In this document: in pieces, positions 9,601 through 19,237 of the stretch
How positions within the stretch are numbered: the first letter of the stretch is position 1
How the letters are laid out: the number at the start of each line of letters is the position of its first letter
Assembly (NCBI GenBank): GCA_039588275.1
Contig: JBDHAC010000018.1
Location: forward strand, 31,600 to 95,599
Source: Gemmatimonadota bacterium
Lineage (GTDB): Bacteria > Gemmatimonadota > Gemmatimonadetes > Palauibacterales > Palauibacteraceae
Direction: 5' to 3'
Length of the DNA: 64,000 nt
Notes under the pieces: generated by a model
Databases searched by the model: none
The model's input: only the letters and a program-made list of their open reading frames with translations
Told to the model about the DNA's origin: nothing
Translations under genes and position numbers: made by a program

Positions 9601-11051
9601 TGCGCGGGCGACTCGAGATCCTCGGACCGACGACCTGCGCCGCCCTGGCCCGATCGATCGGGGTGCCCGAAAGGGACGCTGACGCCGCGCTGCTCGCCCT
9701 CGAGGCAGAGGGCGCGGTGCTGCGCGGGGCGTTCACGGCGGGGAGTGCCGGTCGCAGGAACGAGTGGTGCGAGCGGCGGATGCTCGCCCGGATCCACCGG
9801 TATACCATCCAGCGCTTGCGAGCCGAGATCGAGCCGGTGTCGGCCGCCGACTTCATGCGATTCCTGTTCGAGTGGCAGCACGTCGCTCCGGGTACGGCCG
9901 TGGCCGGCCCGGAAGGCCTCGCGGCGGTCTTGCGACAGCTCGATGGATACGAGCTGTCCGCCGCCGCGTGGGAGCCCGATGTGTTGGCCGCCCGGTGCGA
10001 GGACTACGAGCCGGAGCTCCTCGACGCCCTGTGCCTCACGGGGCGCGCCATGTGGGGTCGCTTGTCCCCGCCGGCGGGATCGAACGGGGGTCGCGGGTCG
10101 GGCCCGATTCGCAGCTCACCCATCGCCTTGTTTCGGCGGGCGAGCGCGACGGCGTGGTTCTCGTTGGCGCGATTACCCAACGCCGAAGCGCTTTCCTCGT
10201 ATGGGCAACAGGTCCTGGAGGCGCTCGAGCGGCGTGGGGCGTCCTTCTTCCACGAGATCGTGGACGACGTCGGGTTGATGCCTACCCGGGTCGAGCAAGC
10301 GCTCGGCGAGCTCGCGGCGGTCGGGCTGGTCACCTCGGATGGGTTCACCGGCCTGCGGGCACTCCTCACACCCTCGGATCGCCGCCGACCGCTGGGGGGT
10401 GCCAGGGCCCGTAGACGGAAGCGCATCGCTCCGTACGGCATCGAGACGGCCGGCCGTTGGTCGTCCTTGCGTCGCGCGCACGAACCGACCCCGGAATCGC
10501 CGGGCGCGGGCCCGAGGAGCTCCGAGACGGTTCCACGACGAGCGCCCGCCCGGGCCGCCGATGCCCCCGAGGTCGAGAGGTACGCGCTCGCGCTGCTGCA
10601 CCGCTATGGAGTCGTCTTCCGCCGTCTGCTCGCGCGCGAGACGAACTCGCCGCCGTGGCGAGACCTGGTGCTCCTGTATCGCCGGCTCGAGGCGCGCGGG
10701 GACATCCGGGGCGGGCGCTTCGTGTCGGGCTTCTCGGGTGAGCAGTTCGCGCTCCCCGAGGCGGTGCCCCGCCTGCGCGCGACGCGCCGGACCGAGGCGA
10801 CGGGGCGGCTTCAGAGCCTATCCGCTGCGGACCCTTTGAATCTGACGGGGATCATCACCCCGGGCGACCGTATCACCGCGGTCGCGAGCAACCGCGTCGT
10901 GTACCGCGACGGAGTCCCCGTCGCCGCACACGAGGGGGGTCGGATCCGCATGCTCGTGCACGAGCGGGCCCCGAGCGCCCGAGACGTGGAACGGGCGCTC
11001 GTCCGCAAGATGCCCCCGTCGCTGAGGTGGTATCTGTGGCGGGCCGGTTGA
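6606..11051 (+). CDS. lhr: Lhr-family SF2 ATP-dependent helicase (long form)
   Basis: Motifs 'APTGSGKT', 'SPLKAL', 'TTPESL', 'DEIH', 'SAT', 'HHGSLS', 'SLELGIDIG', 'QRVGRSGH', and a C-terminal 'RGGRFVSGFSGEQFALPEA'. GGAG precedes ATG 6606. Confidence 0.9.
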   Translation: MAVVDFHPAVARWFAQRFEAATEPQVHGWRSIRAGRDTLISAPTGSGKTLAAFLSALDALLREGLECGGALPDETRVLYVSPLKALSADIHRNLAEPRREIRRVAKEMDLPSPRITAAVRSGDTSQAERQAIVRTPPHILVTTPESLFLLLTAERSREILRTVRTVIVDEIHAIIESRRGSHLALSLERLQHVAEVPLQRIGLSATQKPIEEVARFLVGRARLAPDGRSACDIVDSGHLRELDLALEVPESPLEAVMSAETWDEIFDRLARLIGEHRTTLVFVNTRRMAERVARQLTRRLSEADVAAHHGSLSREARLDAEQRLKGGRLRALVATASLELGIDIGHVDLVCQLGSPNRISAFLQRVGRSGHTVSGTPKGRLFPLSRDDLVECSALLRACRQGELDRLVVRERPLDILAQQVIAEAACEDWAEDGLYDLFRRAYPYRELSRAEFDEVIHMVAHGFRTRRGRRGAFVHHDGVNGRIRGRKGARLAALTAGGAIPDVADFRVVLEPEGTFVGTINEDFAIESVPGDIFQLGNTSWQILRIERSTVRVADARGQPPNLPFWLGEAPARTDELSVAVSKLRREIDAHLADEEGEGGRRRARAWVTEEIGLSEPAAYQLVRHLSDARHLLGVLPTRDTLVLERFFDEAGGMQLILHSPLGSRINKAWGLALRKRFCRKFNFELQAAATEDGVLLSLGPQHSFPLEEVFRYLHPETVRDVLVQAMLDAPMFQTRWRWAASLSLAVLRWRGGKRTPPQIQRMEAEDLLAATFPDAAACFENIEGEREVPDHPLVRQAIDDCLHEAMDLEGLVGILDRIRTGDVGLVARDTPEPSTLSHELLTARPYAFLDDAPLEERRAAAVYARRALDPTTANELGALDQAAIDRVRAEAWPDPRSPDELHDALMTCGFLTASEGARAEVAAGDGGWAEHFGRLAERGRATRARRDPDGPKLWVATERLPELEAVHPDISTEPAVVPPNRFRERPPDRSAAVRELLRGRLEILGPTTCAALARSIGVPERDADAALLALEAEGAVLRGAFTAGSAGRRNEWCERRMLARIHRYTIQRLRAEIEPVSAADFMRFLFEWQHVAPGTAVAGPEGLAAVLRQLDGYELSAAAWEPDVLAARCEDYEPELLDALCLTGRAMWGRLSPPAGSNGGRGSGPIRSSPIALFRRASATAWFSLARLPNAEALSSYGQQVLEALERRGASFFHEIVDDVGLMPTRVEQALGELAAVGLVTSDGFTGLRALLTPSDRRRPLGGARARRRKRIAPYGIETAGRWSSLRRAHEPTPESPGAGPRSSETVPRRAPARAADAPEVERYALALLHRYGVVFRRLLARETNSPPWRDLVLLYRRLEARGDIRGGRFVSGFSGEQFALPEAVPRLRATRRTEATGRLQSLSAADPLNLTGIITPGDRITAVASNRVVYRDGVPVAAHEGGRIRMLVHERAPSARDVERALVRKMPPSLRWYLWRAG

Positions 11052-11074
11052 ACGGTGAGGTCAAACGACGAGCT

Positions 11075-12430
11075 CTATTTCACGTCGCGCGCGAGGCGGA
11101 CCCCCATGAACTGCCACGTCGCGTCCGCCGGGAAGAAATTGCGGTACGTCGGTCGAATGTGGCTGACCGACGTCGCGCAGGAGCCGCCGCGGAGCACGAA
11201 CTGGTTGCTCATGAACTTGCCGTTGTACTCGCCGAGCGCCCCGGGAGCCGGCTCGTATCCCGGATAGGGCGAGTACTGGCTGCGCGTCCACTCCCACACA
11301 TCACCATACATCTGGTGCAATGGCGCCCCGGCGTCGGGCGACGGCCGCGAGCCGTTTGACGTCGCCGGCCCGACCTGCACCGCCTCCGGGGGGACCGGGC
11401 GCAGCTCACCGGTCTCGACGAAGTTGCCTCGGATCGGAACCGTTCTCGCGGCCACCTCCCACTCCTGTTCGGTGGGCAGCCTGGCACCCGCCCAGCGCGC
11501 GAACGCGTCCGCCTCGAAGTAGCTCAGGTGGCACACCGGCTCGCTCGGAGCGACCTCGCGCATGCCCGAGAGCGTGAACGACCACCATCCCCCGTCTCGC
11601 ATCTCCCAGTAGAACGGCTCGGTCCAGCCCCGTTCCCGGACCGTGGCCCACCCCTCCGAGAGCCACAGCTCGCCGCGCTCATAGCCTCCATCCTCCATGA
11701 AGGACTGGTACTCCTCGTTGGTCACCAAACGACTCGCGATCAGGAACTCGTTCAGGAAGTGCCGATGCCGCGGCGTCTCGTTGTCGTACGAGAAGCCCTC
11801 GCCTTCGGTGGGATGACCGATCCAATGGAGGTCCTCATCGAAATGCAGCCATGTCAGATCCGTGACGGTCATCGACCCCGCCGACGTCGCATCTCGATAG
11901 ACCGGCCGCAGCGGATTCACCGAGAGCACGTGCTTGATGTCGGTGAGCAGGAGCTCCTGGTGCTGCTGTTCGTGCTGGAGGCCGATCTCGACCAGCGGCG
12001 CGATCGATCGTGCTTCCACATCGCCGGCCTCGCTGAGCAGCCGCAGCATGCGCTCGTCGACGTAACGGCGGTATTCGTATACCTCTTCCACCGTGGGCCG
12101 GGAGATGTAGCCGCGTTGGTCACGGCAATGCCGTTCTCCTGCCTGCAGGTAGTAGGAGTTGAACAGATACGCGTACGCCGGGTCCAGCGGCTCGTACCAG
12201 GACGCGTGTTCCCGGAGGATGAACGTCTCGAAGAACCAGGTCACGTGTGCCAGGTGCCATTTGGTCGGGCTCACGTCGACCATGGTCTGAACGACGTAGT
12301 CTTCGACTGCGAGCGGCTCGCAGAGCGCTTCGGTGAACCGACGGATCGCCCGGTAGCGATCGGTCAGCGTTTCGGCTCCTGTTACGCCGGGGGCGCCCTC
12401 GGCCAGAGCTTGATCAGTCATCTGTCGCAT
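11075..12430 (-). CDS. egtB: Ergothioneine biosynthesis sulfoxide synthase (DinB-like plus FGE-sulfatase domains)
   Basis: 'SPTKWHLAHVTWFFETF', 'YLFNSYY', iron ligands in 'HEQQHQE', 'GEYNGKFM', 'RGGSCAT', 'YRNFF'. The start may be 12421. Confidence 0.85.
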   Translation of the reverse strand: MRQMTDQALAEGAPGVTGAETLTDRYRAIRRFTEALCEPLAVEDYVVQTMVDVSPTKWHLAHVTWFFETFILREHASWYEPLDPAYAYLFNSYYLQAGERHCRDQRGYISRPTVEEVYEYRRYVDERMLRLLSEAGDVEARSIAPLVEIGLQHEQQHQELLLTDIKHVLSVNPLRPVYRDATSAGSMTVTDLTWLHFDEDLHWIGHPTEGEGFSYDNETPRHRHFLNEFLIASRLVTNEEYQSFMEDGGYERGELWLSEGWATVRERGWTEPFYWEMRDGGWWSFTLSGMREVAPSEPVCHLSYFEADAFARWAGARLPTEQEWEVAARTVPIRGNFVETGELRPVPPEAVQVGPATSNGSRPSPDAGAPLHQMYGDVWEWTRSQYSPYPGYEPAPGALGEYNGKFMSNQFVLRGGSCATSVSHIRPTYRNFFPADATWQFMGVRLARDVK

Positions 12431-12536
12431 CCTCTGCGGGTGGTGCGGGTCCCGCGATCGCGGGGCCGTTCGACCATGGCCAGCAACGTACTATACCGCT
12501 TGTCAATGCGCCGGGACGGACGGAGCTTGCGTCTCC

Positions 12537-14396
12537 ATGGACTTTCACGATCCCGCCCTGACTTTCGCGATCGCGCTTGCAGCGGGTGTTCTCGCCCAAT
12601 CGGTCGCACGGCACCTTCGGATCCCGGGAATCATCCTGCTTCTCGCGGTCGGCGTCCTGCTCGGCCCGCGGTTCGCCGCGCTCGTCATCCCCGAGAGTCT
12701 CGGCGAAGGACTACACCACATCGTGGGTCTGTCGATCGCCGTGGTGCTGTTCGAGGGTGGCCTGAACCTTAATATCGGGCGCCTTCGGCGGCAGGCGATC
12801 ACCATCCGCGAGCTGATCACTCTGGGAGCGGCTATCACGGCGGTGGGCGGCATGGTCGCCTCGCTCGCTCTCGTCGGATGGGACTGGAGAGTCGCTCTCC
12901 TGTTCGGGACACTGGTAATCGTCACCGGGCCGACCGTGATCAACCCGATCATGCGACGCATCCGGGTGAAGGCCCGGCTGCGCACGATCCTGGAGGCCGA
13001 AGGCATCCTCATCGATCCGATCGGCGCCATCGTCGCGGTCGTGGCGCTGGAGGTGATCCTGGAGACCACGGCGCGCGGTGCGGCGACCGGGTTGCTCGGT
13101 CTGCCCGCCCGACTCGCCTTCGGGCTCGTGCTCGGGATGGGGGGCGGCTTCCTGATGGGTCTCCTCCTGCGCTTCCGCAACGTGGTGCCGCTGGGCTTCG
13201 AGAACATCTTCACGCTCGCCGGCGTGCTGGCGTTGTTCGAGGTGAGCGACGCATTGCTCCCCGAGAGCGGGATCATGGCGGTCGCGGTCGCGGGGCTGGT
13301 GGTCGGGAACATGCACACGCGGGTCGCGCGGGAGCTGGTCGAGTTCAAGGAGCAACTCACCATCCTGCTCGTGGGGCTGTTGTTCGTCCTCCTGGCCGCT
13401 GCGGTTCCGCTCGAGCAGGTGACCGCGCTCGGATGGCGCGGCATCGGCACCGTGCTCGCGCTCATCGTGCTGGTCCGTCCTCTGGGCATCTGGGCGTGCA
13501 CGTACGGCTCTGATCTGCGGCTGAACGAGCGGGCGTTCCTCGCGTGGTTGGCCCCCCGCGGCATCGTCGCGTTCGCGGTGTCGTCGTTGTTCGCGAACCG
13601 ACTGGCCGCGCACGGGATGTCCGCCGAAGGGGATCAGCTCCGCGCCCTCGTGTTTCTCGTGATCGCCGCCACGGTCATCCTGCAGGGCGGTACGGCCGGA
13701 CTCGTGGCTCGTCTTCTCCGCGTTCGGCGCCTCGCGAACCAGGGGCACCTGATCGTCGGGGCGAACCCCCTGGGACGCGCGCTCGCGGCCGCGCTGCGTG
13801 AGGCTGGCGGGCCGGACGAGCCGATCGTCCTGATGGACACCAACTCCAACGAGGCCCAGGCAGCGGAGGCCGCGGGCTTCCGGGTCGTGTACGGCAGCGC
13901 GGCCGAGGAGAGGACGCTGCGTCTCGCCGATGCCGAGGTGCGCCGCTCGTTCAGCGCGGTCACGCCGAACGAGGCCGTGAACCTGCTGCTCGCGAACAAG
14001 TCCCTTGAGCTGTATGGCCTGAAGCGCACGCTCGTCGCGCTGGATAGCCGGGGCACGGGCGTGCTGGGTGAGCACGTGCACGAGGCGGACGCACGGATCC
14101 TGTTCGCGCAAGACATCGCGCTCGAACGTTGGCGTCACGATTTCCGGCACGGCACCGCGAGCACCAGCCGTTGGCGCTTCGCGGGGGCGGGTCGAGCGCC
14201 GCTCGCGGGCGCTCGCGATGAGTCGGGCGAGGTACCGATCCTCGCCCTGGTTCACCTTCGAGGAGGGCGGCCGAATCCGGTGGACGATCGGGAGGCCGTG
14301 CGAAGAGGAGACGAAGTCACCTTCGCGTGGCGCGCCGAAGACGACGAGCGCGCGCGCGCGTGGCTCGAGCAGAACGCCTGGCAGCCGGTCGTATGA
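12537..14396 (+). CDS. NhaP-type (CPA1) cation:proton antiporter with C-terminal TrkA-N/RCK domain
   Basis: About 12 TM helices, 'LFEGGL', 'TGPTVI', 'EGILIDPIG', 'APRGIVA', then a Rossmann-like 'LIVGANPLG'. Confidence 0.88.
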   Translation: MDFHDPALTFAIALAAGVLAQSVARHLRIPGIILLLAVGVLLGPRFAALVIPESLGEGLHHIVGLSIAVVLFEGGLNLNIGRLRRQAITIRELITLGAAITAVGGMVASLALVGWDWRVALLFGTLVIVTGPTVINPIMRRIRVKARLRTILEAEGILIDPIGAIVAVVALEVILETTARGAATGLLGLPARLAFGLVLGMGGGFLMGLLLRFRNVVPLGFENIFTLAGVLALFEVSDALLPESGIMAVAVAGLVVGNMHTRVARELVEFKEQLTILLVGLLFVLLAAAVPLEQVTALGWRGIGTVLALIVLVRPLGIWACTYGSDLRLNERAFLAWLAPRGIVAFAVSSLFANRLAAHGMSAEGDQLRALVFLVIAATVILQGGTAGLVARLLRVRRLANQGHLIVGANPLGRALAAALREAGGPDEPIVLMDTNSNEAQAAEAAGFRVVYGSAAEERTLRLADAEVRRSFSAVTPNEAVNLLLANKSLELYGLKRTLVALDSRGTGVLGEHVHEADARILFAQDIALERWRHDFRHGTASTSRWRFAGAGRAPLAGARDESGEVPILALVHLRGGRPNPVDDREAVRRGDEVTFAWRAEDDERARAWLEQNAWQPVV

Positions 14397-14540
14397 TGGC
14401 AGCCGCGAACGAGCGAACCGACGTAGCGTGGCGTGGGGTGGGCGGGGACGACCAGGTCGTGCGGTTCGTGTGGTCGGTTTGGCCGCGCCCCGCCCGTGGT
14501 GGAGTGTGAGGCCGTAGAACGCCTCACCTGTAGAACGTCC

Positions 14541-14678
14541 CTAAACGAAGATCTTGAACAGCTCCTTTGCCAGCCATTCGGGCATCTCCGCCCGTGGCGG
14601 CTGGGGTTCGCGTCGCGCGTCTTCTGGGACCGGAGTCCCCCGGGCGACGCGGCCCTCACGCGGATCCGAGTTCGACAT
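14541..14678 (-). CDS. Putative small protein (45 aa) MSNSDPREG...EMPEWLAKELFKIFV
   Basis: Purine-rich RBS (GGGGAGGAGTGGAGG) before the ATG, in an otherwise empty 650 bp intergenic gap. An ECF-type promoter motif lies upstream on the same strand. Confidence 0.4.
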   Translation of the reverse strand: MSNSDPREGRVARGTPVPEDARREPQPPRAEMPEWLAKELFKIFV

Positions 14679-14893
14679 CCTCCACTCCTCCCCGTCTATA
14701 TCGGTGGGGTTGTCCATCGCAGCTCGCTCCCTTGAGCTCGAGCCCGTCCGGATCACCCTCCTGTGCCCTGATGACGTGTCTGGCGGGGCCTCGGTTTCGT
14801 CCTCGTGACCGGTCGGTTTACCGGCCCGCGCCAGTCTCCGGGGTCCCATAGCAAGTACCGCGCCCGGTTCCAACCCCCCTCGACTCTCAGCCA

Positions 14894-14922
14894 TTGGATG
14901 TCGGTCGAGCCACGAGGGTTGC
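14894..14922 (-). promoter_or_regulatory. Putative ECF sigma promoter GCAACC-N17-ATCCAA
   Basis: Same elements and spacing as the copies at 19075, 28365, 48079 and 48134. Confidence 0.45.
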
Positions 14923-14933
14923 ATCCGCCGCGC

Positions 14934-14991
14934 GGCGGGACCGCTCCGCCGGGTCCGGGCGGGACCGCTCCGCCGGGTCCGGGCGGGACCG
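14934..14991. repeat. 24-bp tandem repeat (GGCGGGACCGCTCCGCCGGGTCCG), about 2.4 copies
   Basis: Two exact copies plus a 10-bp partial copy, read directly from the sequence. Confidence 0.9.
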
Positions 14992-15050
14992 TGATGCCGC
15001 CTTCGGGTGGACCCTTTTCGCCCACCCGACCGCCCTCCATAATGCCCGGC

Positions 15051-16220
15051 ATGACACACACGGCGAGACGAACGCACGGGTACACCGAGTCCGTGATCCG
15101 CATGATGACGCGGCTCGCGGCGGAGCACGACGCGATCAACCTGGCGCAGGGATTTCCCGATTTTCCCGCGCCCGAGACGGTGAAGGACGCCGCCGCTAGG
15201 GCGATCCACGACGACATCAACCAGTACGCGATCACGTGGGGAGCGAAGCGGTTCCGCGACGCGCTCGTCGCCAAGTACGAGGACTGGTACGGGATGGATG
15301 TGAATCCCGAGACCGAGGTCACGGTGACCTGCGGCGCGACCGAAGCCGTCGTGTCGGCTCTCCTCGCGATCGTGGATCCGGGCGACGAGGTCATCGTGCT
15401 GGAGCCGTTCTACGAGAACTACGGCCCCGACACCGTGTTGTGTGCGGCGACCCCCCGGTTCGTGCGGCTGGGCGAGGGCTGGAGGATCGACCAGGACCGC
15501 CTGCGGGCGGCCTTCTCGGAGCGCACCCGGGCGATCGTCGTCAATACGCCCAACAACCCCACCGGGTGTGTCTTCTCGCGCGCCGAGCTCGAGGGCATCG
15601 CGGCTCTGTGTCAGGAGTTCGATGCATACGCGGTGACCGATGAGGTGTACGAGCACATCATCTTCGACGGATGCGAGCACGTCCCGATGGCGACGCTCCC
15701 CGGGATGCGGGATCGCACGATCACCGTCAGCGGAGCCTCGAAGACGTTCGCGGTGACCGGGTGGCGGATCGGAACGATCGTCGCTCACCCCGCGGTGACG
15801 GATGCGATCCGCAAAGTGCACGATTTTCTCACCGTGGGCGCGGCCGCCCCGCTCCAGGAGGGTGTGGCGGCCGGTCTCGAGAGGCTCCCGGACGCGTACT
15901 ACCGTGAGCTCGGAGACTCGTATCGGGCCAAGCGCGACGTGTTCTACAGCGCGCTCATCGATGCCGGCTTCAAATGCGGACCGCCGGAGGGCGCGTATTA
16001 CATCCTCGCCGACTTCTCGGACCTGAGCGACCTGCCCGACGACGAGTTCGCGGCGTGGCTCACCGCGGAGATCGGCGTCGCTCCGGTGCCCGGGTCGAGC
16101 TTCTTCCATCGCCCGGAGGACGGACGGCACCTCGTCCGCTTCGCGTTCTGTAAGACCGAGGAGCTGCTGAGGGAAGCCGCGGGTCGTCTGGAATCGATTC
16201 GAACCCGCACACCCGCATGA
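15051..16220 (+). CDS. PLP-dependent aminotransferase class I/II
   Basis: 'INLAQGFPDF', 'NQYA', 'NTPNNPTG', 'DEVYEH', and the PLP lysine in 'SKTFAVTGWRIG'. Confidence 0.92.
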   Translation: MTHTARRTHGYTESVIRMMTRLAAEHDAINLAQGFPDFPAPETVKDAAARAIHDDINQYAITWGAKRFRDALVAKYEDWYGMDVNPETEVTVTCGATEAVVSALLAIVDPGDEVIVLEPFYENYGPDTVLCAATPRFVRLGEGWRIDQDRLRAAFSERTRAIVVNTPNNPTGCVFSRAELEGIAALCQEFDAYAVTDEVYEHIIFDGCEHVPMATLPGMRDRTITVSGASKTFAVTGWRIGTIVAHPAVTDAIRKVHDFLTVGAAAPLQEGVAAGLERLPDAYYRELGDSYRAKRDVFYSALIDAGFKCGPPEGAYYILADFSDLSDLPDDEFAAWLTAEIGVAPVPGSSFFHRPEDGRHLVRFAFCKTEELLREAAGRLESIRTRTPA

Positions 16221-17110
16221 ATCGCCACTCGGAAGGGTCGCTCGACACGCCGGAAGCCGTCAACGCGGACCCCGGCGGCGACGCGCCGGAAGAGGGCGTG
16301 TCCCGCCTCACGCTCGCGGAGCGCTTCGCGAATCGTGTCCAGATCAAGCTCCCGGCGCGCCACAACCCGAAGCTGGCGGAGATCGTAGAGCGCGTGAACG
16401 CGCACGACCGCACGTACGCGCTGTGGGTGGCGGCGAACGTGACCGCGGTCGATCGGCTCCATATGTCCGACCATGGGCCGGTGCACGTGCAGATCGTCGC
16501 GAACTCCGCGCTTCGTCTCCTACGGCTGCTCATGTCGGCCGATGTGGAGCCGAGCGTGGTCTCCGATTACGGTCTGGCACGAACCGATGCCGAGGTCGTG
16601 GTCACCCTCGCGGCACTCTTCCACGACGTCGGCATGTCGATCCACCGCGAAGGCCATGAGGGCTTTTCGCTCTTCGTGGCCCAACCGATCCTCGATGAGC
16701 TCCTGGCAGGGGTGTATGATCCGCCCCTCGACACGATCGTTCGATCGGAGATTCAGCACGCGATCATCTCTCACCGCTCGGGCGGTACGCCGCTCACGGT
16801 CGAGGGCGGAATCCTCCGGATCGCCGACGCGCTGGATATGGCCCAAGGCCGCTCGCGCATTCCGTTCACGGCGGGGTCGACCAGCATCCACGCGGTGTCC
16901 GCGGCAGCGATCGAAGGGCTACACATCGAATCGTGCGAGACGCACCCGGTCCGTATTCGGATCGAGATGAGCAACTCGGCGGGCGTGTTCCAGGTCGACG
17001 AGCTGCTTCGGCGGAAGCTGAAGGGGTCCGGGCTGGAGCGGTACGTCCTGGTCGAAGCGGTGATAGAAGGCGAGACGGAGAAGCGCCTCGTCCAGCGCTT
17101 CCAGTTCTAG
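16217..17110 (+). CDS. HD-domain phosphohydrolase
   Basis: 'MSDHGPVH', 'FHDVGMSIHR', 'HAIISH', 'ADALDM'. ATGA overlap with the aminotransferase. Confidence 0.85.
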   Translation: MNRHSEGSLDTPEAVNADPGGDAPEEGVSRLTLAERFANRVQIKLPARHNPKLAEIVERVNAHDRTYALWVAANVTAVDRLHMSDHGPVHVQIVANSALRLLRLLMSADVEPSVVSDYGLARTDAEVVVTLAALFHDVGMSIHREGHEGFSLFVAQPILDELLAGVYDPPLDTIVRSEIQHAIISHRSGGTPLTVEGGILRIADALDMAQGRSRIPFTAGSTSIHAVSAAAIEGLHIESCETHPVRIRIEMSNSAGVFQVDELLRRKLKGSGLERYVLVEAVIEGETEKRLVQRFQF

Positions 17111-17197
17111 CAGGCCGCTGGAGTTCCATGCGGCCCGTCAGTCGGCTGCTGAACGGACCGCGTCGGATCGGTCCCGAGGCGGCGGAGGGGTAGCGAA

Positions 17198-19006
17198 GTG
17201 AGACTCCCGTCACTCGAGATGGTTCTGGATGGCGCGCGCGCCGCCCTAACCCGGTTCCCGCTCGTCATCGCCAGCGCGATTCTGGCGGCGCTGGCCGCGA
17301 TTCTGGGAATAGACTCCGAAGACGGTCGCATGTGGGCCCGCTGGTTCGTGACCGCGAGCCTCGGGCTCCCGTTGTTCTTCGCGCTCGCATTGTTCGCGGA
17401 GCGGCGAGCCCGTCCGGTGGCGGTCGGAGCGTGGGGCCGGCTGCTGGGGATCGTGGGTCTGGGGCTTTTCTTCCTCGCGTGGCCGAACTGGTCGGACCCG
17501 ATCGCCCTCACGAGGTACTTCCAACTCAGCGTCGGCCTTCACCTGCTCGCCGCGTTTCTCCCGTACGCCGGACTCGACGAGGACAACGGGTTCTGGCAGT
17601 ACAATCGGGCGCTGTTTCTGCGGTTCCTGACCGCGGCGATCTACTCGGCCGTGTTGTACGTCGGACTCGCGATCGCGTTGGCGGCGCTCGACAACTTGCT
17701 CGGCGTCTCCGTGGACGAGGAGACCTATTTCCGTCTGCTCGCACTGATCGCGCTCGTGTTCAACACATGGGTCTTCACGGCCGGGGTTCCCGAGGACCTC
17801 GGCGCGCTGGAGCGCGTCACGGACTACCCGCGCGGTCTGAGGATCTTCGCGCAGTTCATCCTCGTACCGCTCGTCATCGTGTACCTGACGATCGTGACCG
17901 CCTATGTGGCCCGAATCCTCATCACGCGGGTCTGGCCGAGCGGTTGGATCGGCTACCTCGTATCGGCGCTCGCGGCGCTCGGCATCCTCGCGCTTCTCCT
18001 GGTGCACCCCGAGCGCGAGCGCCGTGATCAAGGCTGGATCGAGGCCTACGCGAGGTGGTTCTACGTGGGGCTCTTTCCCTCGATCGTGATGTTGCTCCTG
18101 GCGATCTGGAAGCGCATCGATCAGTACGGCATCACCGAGAACCGCTACCTCCTGACCATCCTCGCCCTGTGGCTGGCCGGGATCGCGCTGTTCTACTCCG
18201 TCACACGTTCGCGCAATATCAGGGTGATTCCCACCACGCTCGCGCTGCTTGCCTTTGTGACGTTCGTGGGTCCGTGGTCGGCGTACGACGTGGCACGGGC
18301 CAGCCAGCGGTCGAGGCTCGAGGGGTTGCTCGAACGGAATGGCGTGCTGGTGGACGGGCTCGCGCAGGCGCCGGCCGACACGGTGTCCGCTGAAGATCGG
18401 GAGCAGATCACCTCCGTTTTGCGGTACCTGGTCGAGAGACACGGGACCGGGTCGATCGACCGATGGTTCGACGGTCGTCTGGCGGAGATCGACACGATCG
18501 GCGGAACGGGGACATCCGCGCGGGGCGAAGCGAGGGAGCGCGCCGCCCTGATCATGCGTCACCTGGCGATGGAGCCAGTCGGGCCCGGTGGCGCCGCGAT
18601 CGGCGACTTCGTGCGCTACCAGGCACAGTCCAGCAAGGAGCCGCGACCCATCCGGGGGTTCGATCTCGCGCTCACCTACGCGGACCTGCGAAGCGACCGG
18701 TTCACGACGGGGGCGGACACGATCGACCTGGTCATGGACGAGTCGCAGAATCTTCTCCGTATCTCGCACAATGGCGTCGAGGTTCTCGAGGTATCCTTCG
18801 CCGGGCTCCTGGAACGGGCGCAGGCCGCGCGCATACTGGCGTACGCCGGAGATCCCAACGTGGAAGCCGAGGCCATGCGCATCGAGGTGGGCGGCGAGGG
18901 CGCCGCGGCTACCATCTACGTGACCTCCATAGCGCTCCGCCGCGTCGAGGGTCGCCTCGTGACGGAGAGCGCGCGGGGGGACGTCTACCTCCGCCTGGAG
19001 CCCTAG
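17198..19006 (+). CDS. DUF4153-like polytopic membrane protein
   Basis: About 10 TM helices with 'FWQYNRALF', 'YP..LRIFAQFILVPL' and 'RIDQYGITENRY', followed by a soluble tail. Confidence 0.75.
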   Translation: MRLPSLEMVLDGARAALTRFPLVIASAILAALAAILGIDSEDGRMWARWFVTASLGLPLFFALALFAERRARPVAVGAWGRLLGIVGLGLFFLAWPNWSDPIALTRYFQLSVGLHLLAAFLPYAGLDEDNGFWQYNRALFLRFLTAAIYSAVLYVGLAIALAALDNLLGVSVDEETYFRLLALIALVFNTWVFTAGVPEDLGALERVTDYPRGLRIFAQFILVPLVIVYLTIVTAYVARILITRVWPSGWIGYLVSALAALGILALLLVHPERERRDQGWIEAYARWFYVGLFPSIVMLLLAIWKRIDQYGITENRYLLTILALWLAGIALFYSVTRSRNIRVIPTTLALLAFVTFVGPWSAYDVARASQRSRLEGLLERNGVLVDGLAQAPADTVSAEDREQITSVLRYLVERHGTGSIDRWFDGRLAEIDTIGGTGTSARGEARERAALIMRHLAMEPVGPGGAAIGDFVRYQAQSSKEPRPIRGFDLALTYADLRSDRFTTGADTIDLVMDESQNLLRISHNGVEVLEVSFAGLLERAQAARILAYAGDPNVEAEAMRIEVGGEGAAATIYVTSIALRRVEGRLVTESARGDVYLRLEP

Positions 19007-19074
19007 GGGGCCCTTCAGGGACTCCGGTGGGCCGCCGGTGCGCCCCCGGGCGGCGGCGCTCGCCGAAGCCCACA

Positions 19075-19102
19075 CAACCATTCCGGCCTGCGGCCTGTCT
19101 CA
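19075..19102 (+). promoter_or_regulatory. Putative ECF sigma promoter CAACC-N17-GTCTCA
   Basis: Matches the motif found upstream of the ECF sigma gene. It lies upstream of the CDS at 19238. Confidence 0.5.
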
Positions 19103-19237
19103 ATGAAGGATACGCGGTCGAGGCGCGGAGGCGTTCGCCTACCGTCCGTCCGAGCAGCTCGAAACCTGACGGCCGCGACGCGCGTATCTGTATCTGAGTT
19201 TAGACGTCAAGACCCGAACCGCGCGGGAGAATTGGAA

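Noticed and set aside
14934..14991. 24-bp repeat as a mini-CRISPR or an N-terminal extension of the aminotransferase
   Set aside because: The copies are contiguous with no spacers. The family-like sequence begins at ATG 15051.
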